Below, piece after piece: positions 24,841 to 38,137 of a stretch of DNA of 64,000 nucleotides. This DNA is from Macrostomum hystrix. Taxonomy: Eukaryota > Animalia > Platyhelminthes. The notes under the pieces are model-generated. The model searched no databases, had not been told where the DNA came from, and was given only the letters and a program-made list of their open reading frames with translations. The position numbers and the translations under genes are program-made. The stretch is from contig CATNEN010000009.1 in the NCBI GenBank assembly GCA_950097015.1, positions 1,550,001 to 1,614,000 on the forward strand. The letters run 5' to 3'. Positions within the stretch are counted from its first letter, which is position 1, and each line of letters opens with the position of its first letter.

Positions 24841-25800
24841 ATATGAGTAAGAATGACATCAGTGTCTCTCGAAATCACATGAAATTCGCTTGTTTTCGAT
24901 TAGTTTTCCCACTTCCAATCGTTACTTCCCACATAATCTCATGTTTATGCCAATTTACCTTCAGGCCATGTCCCTTCTGATCTCTTTCGTTTCTCCCATC
25001 CAGCTCCAGTTCAAACCAGTTGCAGTTCTCTTCCACCTTGGCCCTCACCGGACATGCCGAAGTTGCTATAGCTGTTTACCCAGAACTCGACTAAGGACAC
25101 GAGCCAACTGCCCCAATCTAATAAAGCCTCATCTAATAATGCATCATCCGCATTCTTAGCCAGATCATGCGGCACCTGCAGCCGCGCGGGCTTGTTATCG
25201 AGACTGCCACATCCAGTCAGTCGCAGCCCAGCCAGCTTTTCCCCAACGGCCGGATGCATATCGAGTTCACGAGTTTAGGCACGAACCCCCACACTTAGCC
25301 TGTTGATTCTGAAGACCAGCATTCACATATTCGATGGGTAATTCAATACTGGCACGGCTGGATGCCTCCACCACCTGCTAGCTGCTACTACTGCGCGATG
25401 CTTAATTATTGCATCTCAAGGGCTAAAACAGAATTTCCTTTCATTCGACAGTAACTCTTTCATTTTGCTTCTAATTTAGAAGAATATTCGTCACAATCTT
25501 GAGCTTACTCAGGATTTCATACTTGATACACTCGTAAATCGTTTTACTCAAATATATTATTATATCATTTTGTCTCGCCAACTGCATCAGACTGCGTGCT
25601 TAAAATTGTTATAGATTTAGCAAAATAACTTAGTCACAATCAGTGTTAACAGTACAGTAGAAAAATGTGTTTATTTTAAGTCAGCAGACGTAATTTTGTC
25701 TAACTGGTTGGAGCACAGAAAGCAACTTCATCAGCGGTTTGAGTTACACAACTTTACTAACTGCACTAAAACTATACCTAATATTCTAGGACTACCAAGC

Positions 25801-26180
25801 CATTTTGCCACCCGTTTATAAACCAAGGGGAGGCCTGAAAACATTTTTGCCAGCATTGGGTGGTCACTAGTGATTGGTTGACAGACTAGGCGATGGTGTC
25901 AAGTAGTTGAGCTGCGTCTAATATTTAGGCTTGATCAGTGAAATTGGAGAAATATAAGTCAGGGCGTCCAAAGTGGCCTGTTTAAACCTGTTGTACCCCT
26001 TGAAGGTCCAGCAAATCCGTCTAGATAAAGGTATAGGTGACCCGGCCACGAAGACGAGATAATGAGGGTACATTCGGGTGACATGCTGATAAATTTTGAA
26101 GGCCTGACAAAGCTGCGCTGAGGCGCAGTGCTAATAAGTATATAGGTGTGTATGAAATACACTAGCGCTTATGTGAAAAG
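25801..26180. repeat. Dispersed ~380-bp element, copy A (homologous to 45221-45620)
   Basis: Shared strings in the same order: accaagggg, gattggttgaca.actag, ctaatatttaggc, cccttgaaggtcca, tctagat.aag.taggtgacc, ttcgggtgac.tgctgataaa.ttt, ctgaggcgcagtgc, aaatacactagcgcttatg. Confidence 0.85.
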
Positions 26181-29100
26181 TAAGACCTTCGGCCAGAACC
26201 ATGGAATCTCTTGATGGTCTAAGAGCTGGCGACTTGATTATTGTTTCAAAAAATTCGCAAGAAAAATTTGACCCGTTTTCTTGAGTTTCATGCGCTTGCA
26301 TTGTTCTGTTCGAGTGCAGCACAATAAATTTTTTGGAAATACCCCCTTGGTAGTTCTTTTGTTACGTCAAAAAAGCTCTCTAAGTGTGTGATTTATTTCT
26401 TTTTTAAATGTACAGCAATTGGATGAAAGCACATTAGAAAGATTTGTAAATGATCTATGCCCAAAAATATCTTTCAATAAAATGTGGGCCCTGGTTGATT
26501 TTACTTATTTATTTTATTTTAATAATTAATATTATAATTCGAGCTCAAATTATAATTCAAGTTCTTACTCTAATTCATTTAAAATCGAATAAACGACCTG
26601 TGAATACTCGCAGTGTATGAAAGCTAAAAGTAAAAAGTAACTGATTTGAATTTTTTAATGTAAGCAGATTTTTCTAAAAATAAATACTGGTCTTTTAGCA
26701 CCCATGTTCCGTGGTTTGTTTTATTAGTCTGAAGCTATTGATTTTCAAAATAGTGTCGCATTTTCGTTTCGCAGTGAACAGTGTGCGCTAGAAGACGGCA
26801 CGCTGTAGGTTGTGACTATCGGTGGTTACTTTATATGATTTCGAAAAATAAGCGCTTGCGTTAGTATGATAAATAATTTTGTTTCATGCACTTACAGCTT
26901 GATTCGCTCGTTGCCGTGCGAATGCAATGTGTTGTTTGAATAATAATGAGGTTGAGTTTTTAAGCATACATGGATATTTGTGTATATGAGCATTTATAAG
27001 AATGGCTATGGCTAGAGAATTTAGCGCTAGCTAAATTAGTATTTTGAGTAGACCTATTAGAAAATAAATGTTTACTTGTCTTATTGACTGATTTCCAGCT
27101 TAAGGAGTTCTATTTTTTTATCAAAATTGTAATTAGTTTTTATCACAATTCGTCATTAAAATTCTGAAACTCAAATTGGAATTTCTATCTATTTATAGGG
27201 CTGTGAGTAGAGTTAAAAAAAAAAATGATTTCGATTTCAAATTTCAAAACAATTAATTAATTATTATTAAAAGTAGACAAGTAAGAAATAAAGAGAAGGA
27301 AATGTTAATATTGTGAATACCATTGTTCCTCACAAGTTACAAGTTATTTTAAGAGTGTGGAGAAAGGAATTTAATTGATATGAAACAAAGAGACCTGTAA
27401 CCTAAGATCCACTGGAAAGCCAAAGACACTGGAAAGTGATAAATATTAATAAATAGTCATCATAGAAATAGTACAGTTGGATTAAAATAGCAAGTAATAG
27501 AAAATATATATTGGCATATTGATTACATTTATACTACCATATTGAACATATATTGCTACCAATAATATATAGCTACACATATATAATTTTGCACAATCAA
27601 AACTGAAAATAAGTAAAGAAATCTGATAATGGGCAGTGATGTCAAGTCAATTTTCTTTTGTTAAGAGCATTATCTGTTACTAGTTATTTCTCATTAGTGC
27701 TACACAGAAAATATACCCACCTTTTGCACTAAGTGACATGCCAAAAATTCAATAAAGGTAAGTGTATGCCAAATTAGGCAGACTTGAGCTTTTGAGCATA
27801 GACAGCATGATCTAGGCTATGGCCAAGCCTATGATTCTGATTCTGCTTCTGATTCTGATGCCTCTTGTATCCTCACTGTGTATTGCTCCATTACAAGCAG
27901 CTCTGATGGCTCATTGCTATTTATTTTATTTCAGGTTGGCACTGCATAGTGCAGTGCACTGATCTCATTTTTTGCTATTGGGATATATAGGCAAAAAGTG
28001 TTGTTAGCTTGACATGGTGCACTTTTAAGCCAAATTTTTTTAGTTCCTAGCACATGTCCACAAACTTTGCAGAAATTCTGATAGGGTCCAGCAACAATCC
28101 TGAAAGGAAAGTTGTTACTTACAACTGTGAAAGTGACAAATGTCATTAAGTTGCAGCTAGGGCTTGTTACATTTTACACTCATATATCAAGAGGTGTGGT
28201 ACCCATTTACAAAACTTCTAGAGGTTGGTCAGTATAGTATATTTACCTACTAACTGACACTACAACCTTTTCTGCTAGATTTTTAATGTACATTGCCAAT
28301 CATCATCTGGGAATTTAGACAATAGACATCACTTTTGAGCTAGTTTTTTCATGCATATGTAGCAGACCTCTCAGCTCTCTCTATTTATTGAATTTGGGAT
28401 TGGTGAGCTGAGTATTTGGGGGGGGATGGTAGCGTAATTTATGAGGGTGAGAGTAGGTATTTTTCCACGCTGTTTGGGTTATACCTAAGGTAGCGCTAAT
28501 GCCCGAGCGGCAAGACACTAGCTACTAACAATGGGAGCGGAATTTACTGCTGCTGGCACGAGGGCTAAGGTTACTGATCTGGGGCACACAGTCCGTGGGG
28601 CGTATCAGGATGGATTGAAGTTGCCTGGTGAACGTCCTTCGCACTCTCACTTACTTTCCTCTATGGGGTCCGGGATTAATACAGTCTCGAGAGGAAAAAA
28701 GGCGGAGTTTTAGGACTTTAGGGGGGTATTTAGGGAATTTTTAGGTGGACTTTTGGACGGGATTTTAGATGGTATATTGGGATTTCAAAGGGATCATATA
28801 ATAGGGTGGGTTTTGGTAAAGAAGGCCAACAAGAGATCTTTGGGAGAGGATTGGGAAGGCAAAGGTATCTTTAACTGTTTTCCTTTTATTAGGAAAATAA
28901 CTCGGAAACTCGGTCTATTTAATAGCGAAACTGGAATAGAGGTTGGAAGTGGAATTGCTTATATTTCGTTGTATCGAATGTAGAGCTAAACATTGAGAAC
29001 ATATAGAACGTAAAGTAGGTCAAACAGGTAGCGGACAGTTAAGCAAGGTGAGCAAGGGTGAGGCAAGGGTGAGCCAAGGTAAAGATCGCATTTTTATTTT

Positions 29101-29746
29101 CTCTCTATATATACACAAAGAAATTGGGGTGGGTGCATGTTTCTACTTTAAGAGTAATATAACGCACAAAGAGCTCGGCGTTATATAACGATATTTAGCT
29201 AGAGCATGAGGAGAAATGGCGGGAATTTAAAATTATAAAGAAAACCTAATTTATACACTGCCTCACATAGAATGATTTTTATACAATTAGCTTTAGCTTT
29301 GATCAATGGATCCACCTTGGAGTCCTTGAAATTTCTTATTTAAAGCTACAATTAGTCTTGGTTTTTTAACACTTTCATTAGCTATCCTTTAGATTTTTTG
29401 TGTGCAAGAAGTTCTTATTGCTATTGTGACTAATGTTTCACTGTGAGATGTAAGTTTTATTCATTGGCCAGTTAGATATCTGATTATCTTTGTGTATCTA
29501 TTGAGTAAAATTGAAGTTCACAGTTTTTGGGATGATTTAAGTTATACTAACTCTGGTTCATTTATATTACACTTTTAGTAATTTTAAACTTTTTAGTAGA
29601 CTTGTTAAACAAAGAACTAAAGCTTCCAAGTTAATCAACTAACAGCAGCTGTCTCCAAAATCAAAAGCCAGTCATTATTAGCATGAACTTCATAATTTTA
29701 TGCTCTATTTAATATATTGGTTTCCATTACAGCTGCTCCCTGAAGC

Positions 29747-32700
29747 ATGAAATCTGCAATAATTAACAATGAATGTGGGCCAGCGAAGCTGCAATCTGCA
29801 GTTCGCCTGCTTCAAGATGGCCTTGCCGATGTGCTGCAAAAATCCTATAGTTTGAACAAGCCGCTGGACCTGAAGGAAGGCCTTCAGATGGTGCGAGATC
29901 ATGCTGGTGAATTCGCGCCCGACTTGACTGTCCAGAAGGAGCTTCTTGGAGCTCTGGACAGAGCAGACGATGTTGTAAGCAGAATTTGTCAGCAAGAGTT
30001 CGACGCCTGCCGTTGCGAGCACGACATGGAGTGTCTGCTGAAGCTGGCATCCTTGATGGGACTCCATGAGTTCAGAGCGATAGCCAGTGAGCACACTGGA
30101 ACTGCAGCTGCCAGCGAAGGGTGGGAGAAGCTGAAGGCCGAGGGAAACGAGCATTACAAAAGTGGAAGGTGGGCGGAGGCCATGGACTGCTACACGAAGG
30201 CGATCCGAGTCAATGCGAAAGTGCCAGTTCTGTACTCCAACCGAGCCCTGTGTGAGATGCAACTGGCCAAGTTCGATTTGGCTCGCGAGGATGCCGAAGA
30301 CGCCATCGATCTGGACCCGAAGCAGGTGAAATTCTACCGCATCTTGTCTGATGCGCTCTTCAGGCTCGAGCTGTTCCAGGAAGCTCTGAGTGCTTGCGAA
30401 GACGGTCTGAATCTCGATCCGAGAGACGAAATTCTGGTGTCAAGGGCACGTGGCTGCAAGGCTGCTATCGTCCACAAAGAAATCAAGATGCACCCCAAGG
30501 CTGGTGGCTTTGAATCTGTAAGAGATTCACGAGTTAGAAATAACATATTAGATACAATGCTTAAGAAAGCGTCAGAATCAGAAATTTCGGCTGATGAAAT
30601 CGGCTTGGTTGATGCCACCACGATGCAAACGATAAAGAAAATCAGAGAAGCCCACCTCATTTTGCAGTCATGCAGAGGCAACGCTCGCGAGGAGCAGAAG
30701 GCATTCAAGATCTTCGAGGCCGCTGCGAAACGAGGCAGCGCAGAGGGGCTTTACAATATGGCTCTGATGTACTATGATGGACAGGCTGGACTGACGCGCG
30801 ATCCAAAGAAATGTTACGATTTGTGTCGCAAAGCTGCTGAGCAGAAGCCTTATTTGAAATTCAAAGCTGCCGGTTTGATTCATGCAAACATTGGTGTCGC
30901 CGAAGCCGAGAACTCCATTGCCATGGCCTTTAGAGATGGGCTGATAGTTAAGCAGGATGAAAAACTGGCCTTTCAGTGGTTTCTAAAGTCCGCAAAGCAT
31001 GGCTGTCCGTCCGCAATGAACAATTTAGGCCGAGCCTATTACAATGGCTACGGCTGTGAGAAAAGCCTGGAGTCTGCTCGCTTCTGGTACCAGAAATCTG
31101 CGGACCTCGGACAGTCGGAAGCGCAGTTTAACCTGGCTTTTTTGCTTGAAAATTGTGAAGGAGGACCTGCAGACATACCGAAGGCAGCTGAGCTACTCAA
31201 GTCTGCCGCTGATCAGGGTCTCCCAGGTGCGCTTATTGCACTGCAGCAGCTAATGCGTTCAGGTGCTAACGGATCAAAGTCTATGGAAGCTCCTAAAAAG
31301 ATCGTGCAACGAAGGGCTGACTCAAATGAGAAGGAGGCACTGTATCTCATCGGAATGAACTACTTACTGGGTGAAGGTGGCTTCGCAAAAGACATGTCAG
31401 AGGCTGAAAAGTACTTGAGAAAGGCCTCTAAGCTCAATCACAATGGAGCCACAGTCGCACTTGGTGAAATTCTCCTGAAACAAAACAGAAACGAAGATGC
31501 CATTCCTTTCATTTGGAAAGCTGCAGAGGACGGAGATAAAGACGCTCAGCGGACCCTCGGCAAATTGCTGGCACTTGGTCATGGCTGTGGCCGTGATGAG
31601 ACTCAAGCTCGGCGATGGCTGCTCCGTTCTAAGATGAGCAAGGATGATGTCGATGAATTTATCAAGTACTCTGCAGCAGTTAATGATTTCGAAGCTGCTG
31701 AAGGTCTCGAGCAGTGTGGAATTCAAATGTTTGAGCGAATCGAACGATTTGCTACGTCTTTTGTCCCTGCCCAGGAGGATAAAAAAGACATAAACGCCAT
31801 TTTTAAGCTCTTGGGCCCAAAAAACTCTCGCCATCCCGCGTGTGCGCCAATGTCTTATTCTACTTTGGAGCATAAAATGCAACTGATGGCACAGAAGGCT
31901 CTCGAAGGATCGAAAACTGCCCAAAGCCTTTTCATTGCTATTGATCTCATAAAGCAGGCGTCTTCAGCGTTGGATAGCCAGAACCCATCCGAAGCGTTTC
32001 GCCTGTTCAGAGAAGCTAATCGAGCTTGGCAACCTCTTCCTATGGATCTAGAGACCTGGGATCGTCTATTCGCTGCCGCAAAAGAGGCTATAGAGAGAAA
32101 TCCAAAGCATGCTGATGCGCTGTTTGTTATGGTGCATTGCAACACTGTCAAGAAGCTCTGCAGCCTTCCCGAGCTTCAGCGCATGGCATTAAAGTGCACC
32201 ATTTTGAATCCTGACGTTGCCGACTACCACACCCTTCTGGGCTGCATGTATGCGTTTAATTGTGATTATGAGTCAGCTTTAAAGTCAATCGAGCGAGGAC
32301 TAGCGCTTGAGTGGGAGCCTGAGTGGCTCTATGATAAGGCGTCTGCCATGAGGCTTCGAGATGTAAGAGAGCACCAAAAAGTGATCGATATCTACGAGGA
32401 ATACCTTTCCTCGTGTGAGCCAGACAGCCGTCATGTTCCGAAAGCCTTGTACTCAATCGCCGATGAGTACTTCGCTATGAATGACATTGAAAACGCGCGC
32501 AAGTTCTTTAACAAAGGCCTTCGAGCCGAGAGTCCGGATCTGAGGCTCCCATTTTTCGAACCAGTAGATGATTTTCCTCCGAAAATGCTGCTCAAAATTC
32601 AACTCGATGCCGAAGCACGTAAGAGCTCAGTGCTCAAAGCGCGCACGAGCTCTGCGACTTCCGCTGCTTTCCAGTCCGGTCAAGGCCAGTGTGCGAACTG

Positions 32701-32812
32701 TAACAAGGCCGGAGCTTCAAGCAGGTGCAGCAAGTGCAAGAAAGCCTTCTATTGTAATCGTGATTGCCAGCTGAATCACTGGAAAGTGCACAAGAAGCAA
32801 TGCGCTGTCTAG
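29747..32812 (+). CDS. Paralog 1: degenerate HEPN-like N-terminus + TPR + SEL1-repeat array + TPR + zf-MYND, 1021 aa, intronless CDS
   Basis: TPR (KLKAEGNEHYKSGRWAEAMDCYTKAI..LYSNRALCEMQL.KF..A.EDA..AI.LDP) and multiple SEL1 repeats (SAMNNLGRAYYNGYGCEKSLESARFWYQKSADLG). C-terminal MYND CANC..RCSKCKKAFYCNRDCQLNHWKVHKKQC. AG acceptor at 29731-32 just before the ATG. Confidence 0.92.
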   Translation: MKSAIINNECGPAKLQSAVRLLQDGLADVLQKSYSLNKPLDLKEGLQMVRDHAGEFAPDLTVQKELLGALDRADDVVSRICQQEFDACRCEHDMECLLKLASLMGLHEFRAIASEHTGTAAASEGWEKLKAEGNEHYKSGRWAEAMDCYTKAIRVNAKVPVLYSNRALCEMQLAKFDLAREDAEDAIDLDPKQVKFYRILSDALFRLELFQEALSACEDGLNLDPRDEILVSRARGCKAAIVHKEIKMHPKAGGFESVRDSRVRNNILDTMLKKASESEISADEIGLVDATTMQTIKKIREAHLILQSCRGNAREEQKAFKIFEAAAKRGSAEGLYNMALMYYDGQAGLTRDPKKCYDLCRKAAEQKPYLKFKAAGLIHANIGVAEAENSIAMAFRDGLIVKQDEKLAFQWFLKSAKHGCPSAMNNLGRAYYNGYGCEKSLESARFWYQKSADLGQSEAQFNLAFLLENCEGGPADIPKAAELLKSAADQGLPGALIALQQLMRSGANGSKSMEAPKKIVQRRADSNEKEALYLIGMNYLLGEGGFAKDMSEAEKYLRKASKLNHNGATVALGEILLKQNRNEDAIPFIWKAAEDGDKDAQRTLGKLLALGHGCGRDETQARRWLLRSKMSKDDVDEFIKYSAAVNDFEAAEGLEQCGIQMFERIERFATSFVPAQEDKKDINAIFKLLGPKNSRHPACAPMSYSTLEHKMQLMAQKALEGSKTAQSLFIAIDLIKQASSALDSQNPSEAFRLFREANRAWQPLPMDLETWDRLFAAAKEAIERNPKHADALFVMVHCNTVKKLCSLPELQRMALKCTILNPDVADYHTLLGCMYAFNCDYESALKSIERGLALEWEPEWLYDKASAMRLRDVREHQKVIDIYEEYLSSCEPDSRHVPKALYSIADEYFAMNDIENARKFFNKGLRAESPDLRLPFFEPVDDFPPKMLLKIQLDAEARKSSVLKARTSSATSAAFQSGQGQCANCNKAGASSRCSKCKKAFYCNRDCQLNHWKVHKKQCAV

Positions 32813-33487
32813 TTGTGTAACTATTGACAACCAACACGAGAAGCTCTCGCCAGACCAGACAAATAAACATGTGAACTATTTTCAATTAAGCAGGTTTAGT
32901 CAAGATTTTTTCTCAATGTTAGTAACAATTGTGTTCTCAATTAGCCTGAGGGTGTAATGCATTGAGATATTGTTGTGTGAGTCCGAATCGAACTTGGATT
33001 TCCCACATGTTCTGACCTTTAATGTTCACTTTCACATGCGCCAGAATTTTTGTCAGCGAATGCTGATGATTTTGCACAGCTTCCTGACTGTTCCGGCGCT
33101 CCGAGAAGGCAATTTTGATCTACCTGAAACTCCAACAGCTCATTTTTTCTTTTCTAGGCTGATTTTAGCCTGAGTCGTACTGAAAAATGTAATCCTGCTG
33201 TCCTTTGTTATTATTTTTTCATTTAGAAACTCCTGAATCTCAAGCTGTTTACTAATAAACAGCATCATTGTATTCAAGGTGTCACCTGCTGCAATAATAT
33301 GTTACATTGTCGGCCAGTTTGGCTAAGTTATTTCGTTTTTTGTTCAAATAATGTTTCCTTTTCATGTTTACTTTCCATGTGGCAACAGTCCAAGTCATAA
33401 TTTTTTAGTTCTTCAGACCCCGTTTTTCAGAATTTAACTTAGCAACCTTTACTAACATTGGATGTCTGATCTAGTGGAATCGAGTGG

Positions 33488-36400
33488 TCTAATCTTGTTA
33501 TCCAGTGATCTAGTATTGTTATCGAGTGATCTAGTATTGTTATCGAGTGATCTAGTATTGTTATCGAGTGATCTAGTATTGTTATCCAGTGATCTAGTAT
33601 TGTTATCCAGTGATCTAGTATTGTTATCGACTGATCTAGTATTGTTATCGAGTGATCTAGTATTGTTATCCAGTGATCTAGTATTGTTATCGACTGATCT
33701 AGTATTGTTATCCAGTGATCTAGTATTGTTATCTAGTGATCTAGTATTGTTATCGACTGATCTAGTATTGTTATCGAGTGATCTAGTATTGTTATCCAGT
33801 GATCTAGTATTGTTATCCAGTGATCTAGTATTGTTATCGACTGATCTAGTATTATTATCGACTGATCTAGTATTGTTATCGAGTGATCTAGTATTGTTAT
33901 CCAGTGATCTAGTATTGTTATCCAGTGATCTAGTATTGTTATCCAGTGATCTAGTATTGTTATCCAGTGATCTAGTATTGTTATCCAGTGATCTAGTATT
34001 GTTATCGAGTGATCTAGTATTGTTATCGAGTGATCTAGTATTGTTATCCAGTGATCTAGTATTGTTATCTAGTGATCTAGTATTGTTATCCAGTGATCTA
34101 GTATTGTTATCCAGTGATCTAGTATTGTTATCCAGTGATCTAGTATTGTTATCTAGTGATCTAGTATTGTTATCCAGTGATCTGGTATTGTTATCCAGTG
34201 ATCTAGTATTGTTATCCAGTGATCTAGTATTGTTATCTAGTGATCTGGTATTGTTATCCAGTGATCTAGTATTGTTATCGACTGATCTAGTATTGTTATC
34301 GAGTGATCTAGTATTGTTATCCAGTGATCTAGTATTGTTATCGAGTGATCTAGTATTGTTATCCAGTGATCTAGTATTGTTATCCAGTGATCTAGTATTG
34401 TTTTCGACTGATCTAGTATTGTTATCCAGTGATCTAGTATTGTTATCGACTGATCTAGTATTGTTATCGAGTGATCTAGTATTGTTATCCAGTGATCTAG
34501 TATTGTTATCCAGTGATCTAGTATTGTTATCGAGTGATCTAGTATTGTTATCGAGTGATCTAGTATTGTTATCCAGTGATCTAGTATTGTTATCGAGTGA
34601 TCTAGTATTGTTATCGAGTGATCTAGTATTGTTATCGAGTGATCTAGTATTGTTATCCAGTGATCTAGTATTGTTATCCAGTGATCTAGTATTGTTATCC
34701 AGTGATCTAGTATTGTTATCCAGTGATCTAGTATTGTTATCGAGTGATCTAGTATTATTATCGAGTGATCTAGTATTGTTATCGAGTGATCTAGTATTGT
34801 TATCGAGTGATCTAGTATTGTTATCCAGTGATCTAGTATTGTTATCCAGTGATCTAGTATTGTTATCCAGTGATCTAGTATTGTTATCGAGTGATCTAGT
34901 ATTGTTATCGAGTGATCTAGTATTGTTATCGAGTGATCTAGTATTGTTATCGAGTGATCTAGTATTGTTATCGAGTGATCTAGTATTGTTATCGAGTGAT
35001 CTAGTATTGTTATCGAGTGATCTAGTATTGTTATCGAGTGATCTAGTATTGTTATCGAGTGATCTAGTATTGTTATCCAGTGATCTAGTATTGTTATCGA
35101 CTGATCTAGTATTGTTATCCAGTGATCTAGTATTGTTATCTAGTGATCTAGTATTGTTATCGACTGATCTAGTATTGTTATCGAGTGATCTAGTATTGTT
35201 ATCCAGTGATCTAGTATTGTTATCCAGTGATCTAGTATTGTTATCGACTGATCTAGTATTATTATCGACTGATCTAGTATTGTTATCGAGTGATCTAGTA
35301 TTGTTATCCAGTGATCTAGTATTGTTATCCAGTGATCTAGTATTGTTATCCAGTGATCTAGTATTGTTATCCAGTGATCTAGTATTGTTATCCAGTGATC
35401 TAGTATTGTTATCGAGTGATCTAGTATTGTTATCGAGTGATCTAGTATTGTTATCCAGTGATCTAGTATTGTTATCTAGTGATCTAGTATTGTTATCCAG
35501 TGATCTAGTATTGTTATCCAGTGATCTAGTATTGTTATCCAGTGATCTAGTATTGTTATCTAGTGATCTAGTATTGTTATCCAGTGATCTGGTATTGTTA
35601 TCCAGTGATCTAGTATTGTTATCCAGTGATCTAGTATTGTTATCTAGTGATCTGGTATTGTTATCCAGTGATCTAGTATTGTTATCGACTGATCTAGTAT
35701 TGTTATCGAGTGATCTAGTATTGTTATCCAGTGATCTAGTATTGTTATCGAGTGATCTAGTATTGTTATCCAGTGATCTAGTATTGTTATCCAGTGATCT
35801 AGTATTGTTTTCGACTGATCTAGTATTGTTATCCAGTGATCTAGTATTGTTATCGACTGATCTAGTATTGTTATCGAGTGATCTAGTATTGTTATCCAGT
35901 GATCTAGTATTGTTATCCAGTGATCTAGTATTGTTATCGAGTGATCTAGTATTGTTATCGAGTGATCTAGTATTGTTATCCAGTGATCTAGTATTGTTAT
36001 CGAGTGATCTAGTATTGTTATCGAGTGATCTAGTATTGTTATCGAGTGATCTAGTATTGTTATCCAGTGATCTAGTATTGTTATCCAGTGATCTAGTATT
36101 GTTATCCAGTGATCTAGTATTGTTATCCAGTGATCTAGTATTGTTATCGAGTGATCTAGTATTATTATCGAGTGATCTAGTATTGTTATCGAGTGATCTA
36201 GTATTGTTATCGAGTGATCTAGTATTGTTATCCAGTGATCTAGTATTGTTATCCAGTGATCTAGTATTGTTATCCAGTGATCTAGTATTGTTATCGAGTG
36301 ATCTAGTATTGTTATCGAGTGATCTAGTATTGTTATCGAGTGATCTAGTATTGTTATCGATTGATCTAGTATTGTTATCGAGTGATCTAGTATTGTTATC

Positions 36401-37362
36401 GAGTGATCTAGTATTGTTATCGTGTGATCTAGTATTGTTATCGAGTGATCTAGTATTGTTATCCAGTGATCTAGTATTGTTATCGAGTGATCTAGTATTG
36501 TTATCCAGTGATCTAGTATTGTTATCGAGTGATCTAGTATTGTTATCCAGTGATCTAGTATTGTTATCGAGTGATCTAGTATTGTTATCGAGTGATCTAG
36601 TATTGTTATCGAGTGATCTAGTATTGTTATCCAATGATCTAGTATTGTTATCTAGTGATCTGGTATTGTTATCCAGTGATCTAGTATTGTTATCCAGTGA
36701 TCTAGTATTGTTATCGAGTGATCTAGTATTGTTATCGACTGATCTAGTATTGTTATCGACTGATCTAGTATTGTTATCGAGTGATCTAGTATTGTTATCG
36801 ACTGATCTAGTATTGTTATCGAGTGATCTAGTATTGTTATCGACTGATCTAGTATTGTTATCGAGTGATCTAGTATTGTTATCCAGTGATCTAGTCTTGT
36901 TATCCAGTGATCTAGTATTGTTATCCAGTGATCTAGTATTGTTATCGAGTGATCTAGTATTGTTATCCAGTGATCTAGTATTGTTATCCAGTGATCTAGT
37001 ATTGTTATCGAGTGATCTAGTATTGTTGTCGAGTGATCTAGTATTGTTATCTAGTGATCTAGTATTGTTATCCAGTGATCTAGTATTGTTATCGAGTGAT
37101 CTAGTATTGTTATCCAGTGATCTAGTATTGTTATCGAGTGATCTAGTATTGTTATCCAGTGATCTAGTATTGTTATCGAGTGATCTAGTATTGTTATCGA
37201 GTGATCTAGTATTGTTATCCAGTGATCTAGTATTGTTATCCAGTGATCAAGTATTGTTATCGAGTGATCTAGTATTGTTATCCAGTGATCTAGTATTGTT
37301 ATCCAGTGATCTAGTATTGTTATCGAGTGATCTAGTATTGTTATCGAGTGATCTAGTATTGG
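33488..37362. repeat. 21-bp satellite array (gtgatctagtattgttatc(g/c)a), ~3.9 kb
   Basis: About 184 tandem units; source of the artefactual 1315-aa and 1060-aa ORFs. Confidence 0.98.
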
Positions 37363-38137
37363 GAATGAATGGCTTAGTCCTTCAGAGTCAGAGCTTCCTG
37401 AAGGTTTAATATTTTCTGCTGAAGCCGCAGTGATGGTTTTTTCACAGCTTCCTTACTGTTCAGGCGCCACCTGAAGGCATTTTGACCGACCTGAAACTCT
37501 AAACGTTCCTTTCTTCTATAGGCTGATTGTAGTCTGAGTTGCGTCATGGCCATGAAACCTGGTGCCATTATTTTTTAAGCGTTTTCTAAGTCCTGAATAT
37601 GCAGTTGTGGTTCTGGACAAATAAAGCGCATTTTCCACTGTCTGTGCGTAAGTGTTTTGTTTTTAACACTGTTGACATCAGACAATTGTCTTTGTTGTGT
37701 AAAATTATTTTTATTGTGTGGTGGAAATGATAATTAGACAATTTCTGCGTAAATAGAACCTGAACGATGGGCCTATGACAAGGAGTACAGCTGCACAGTC
37801 TGTTGTGCCAAATGTCAGATTTCTAGGTGGTTCAGCTATCCTTGCTAATCTGATTGTATTATTAATGAGCGTATTCTATAAAATACTACTCTGTGGTAGA
37901 GCATACGAGCAAATAAAACTTTGGCGTTTAAACAGCAGCGTGTGCGGGCCATGGATGAATAATATAACTTATAAGTTATATAAGTTATATTATTCATCCA
38001 TGGTGCGGGCTGGCCCAGAAGTAAGTATGCATTCTGTGGTTCATTTTTACTTACTGTATATTTTTATTCTCATAAAGGCGCGTTTGGGTGCATGTGACAA
38101 CCTGCTTAATTGCTGATGCTGTGCCTACTTAGATTAC

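Noticed and set aside
24890-25320. Short ORFs on both strands after the 26-bp satellite
   Set aside because: No recognisable motif and frames are interrupted; possibly a decayed element, but unsupported.
28400-29090. Strand-biased G-rich segment with short ORFs, possibly LTR-like
   Set aside because: No second copy, TG..CA ends, PBS/PPT or TSD could be identified.
2604-37362. Arrays of 21-33-bp repeats superficially like CRISPR arrays
   Set aside because: Units are directly adjacent without unique spacers, there are no cas genes, and the context is a spliced eukaryotic genome.
33452-37409. 1315-aa (SSDLVLL)n and 1060-aa (LDNNTRS)n ORFs on opposite strands
   Set aside because: These are translations of a 21-bp satellite whose unit is a multiple of 3 and stop-free in one frame per strand; there is no unique coding sequence or splice context.
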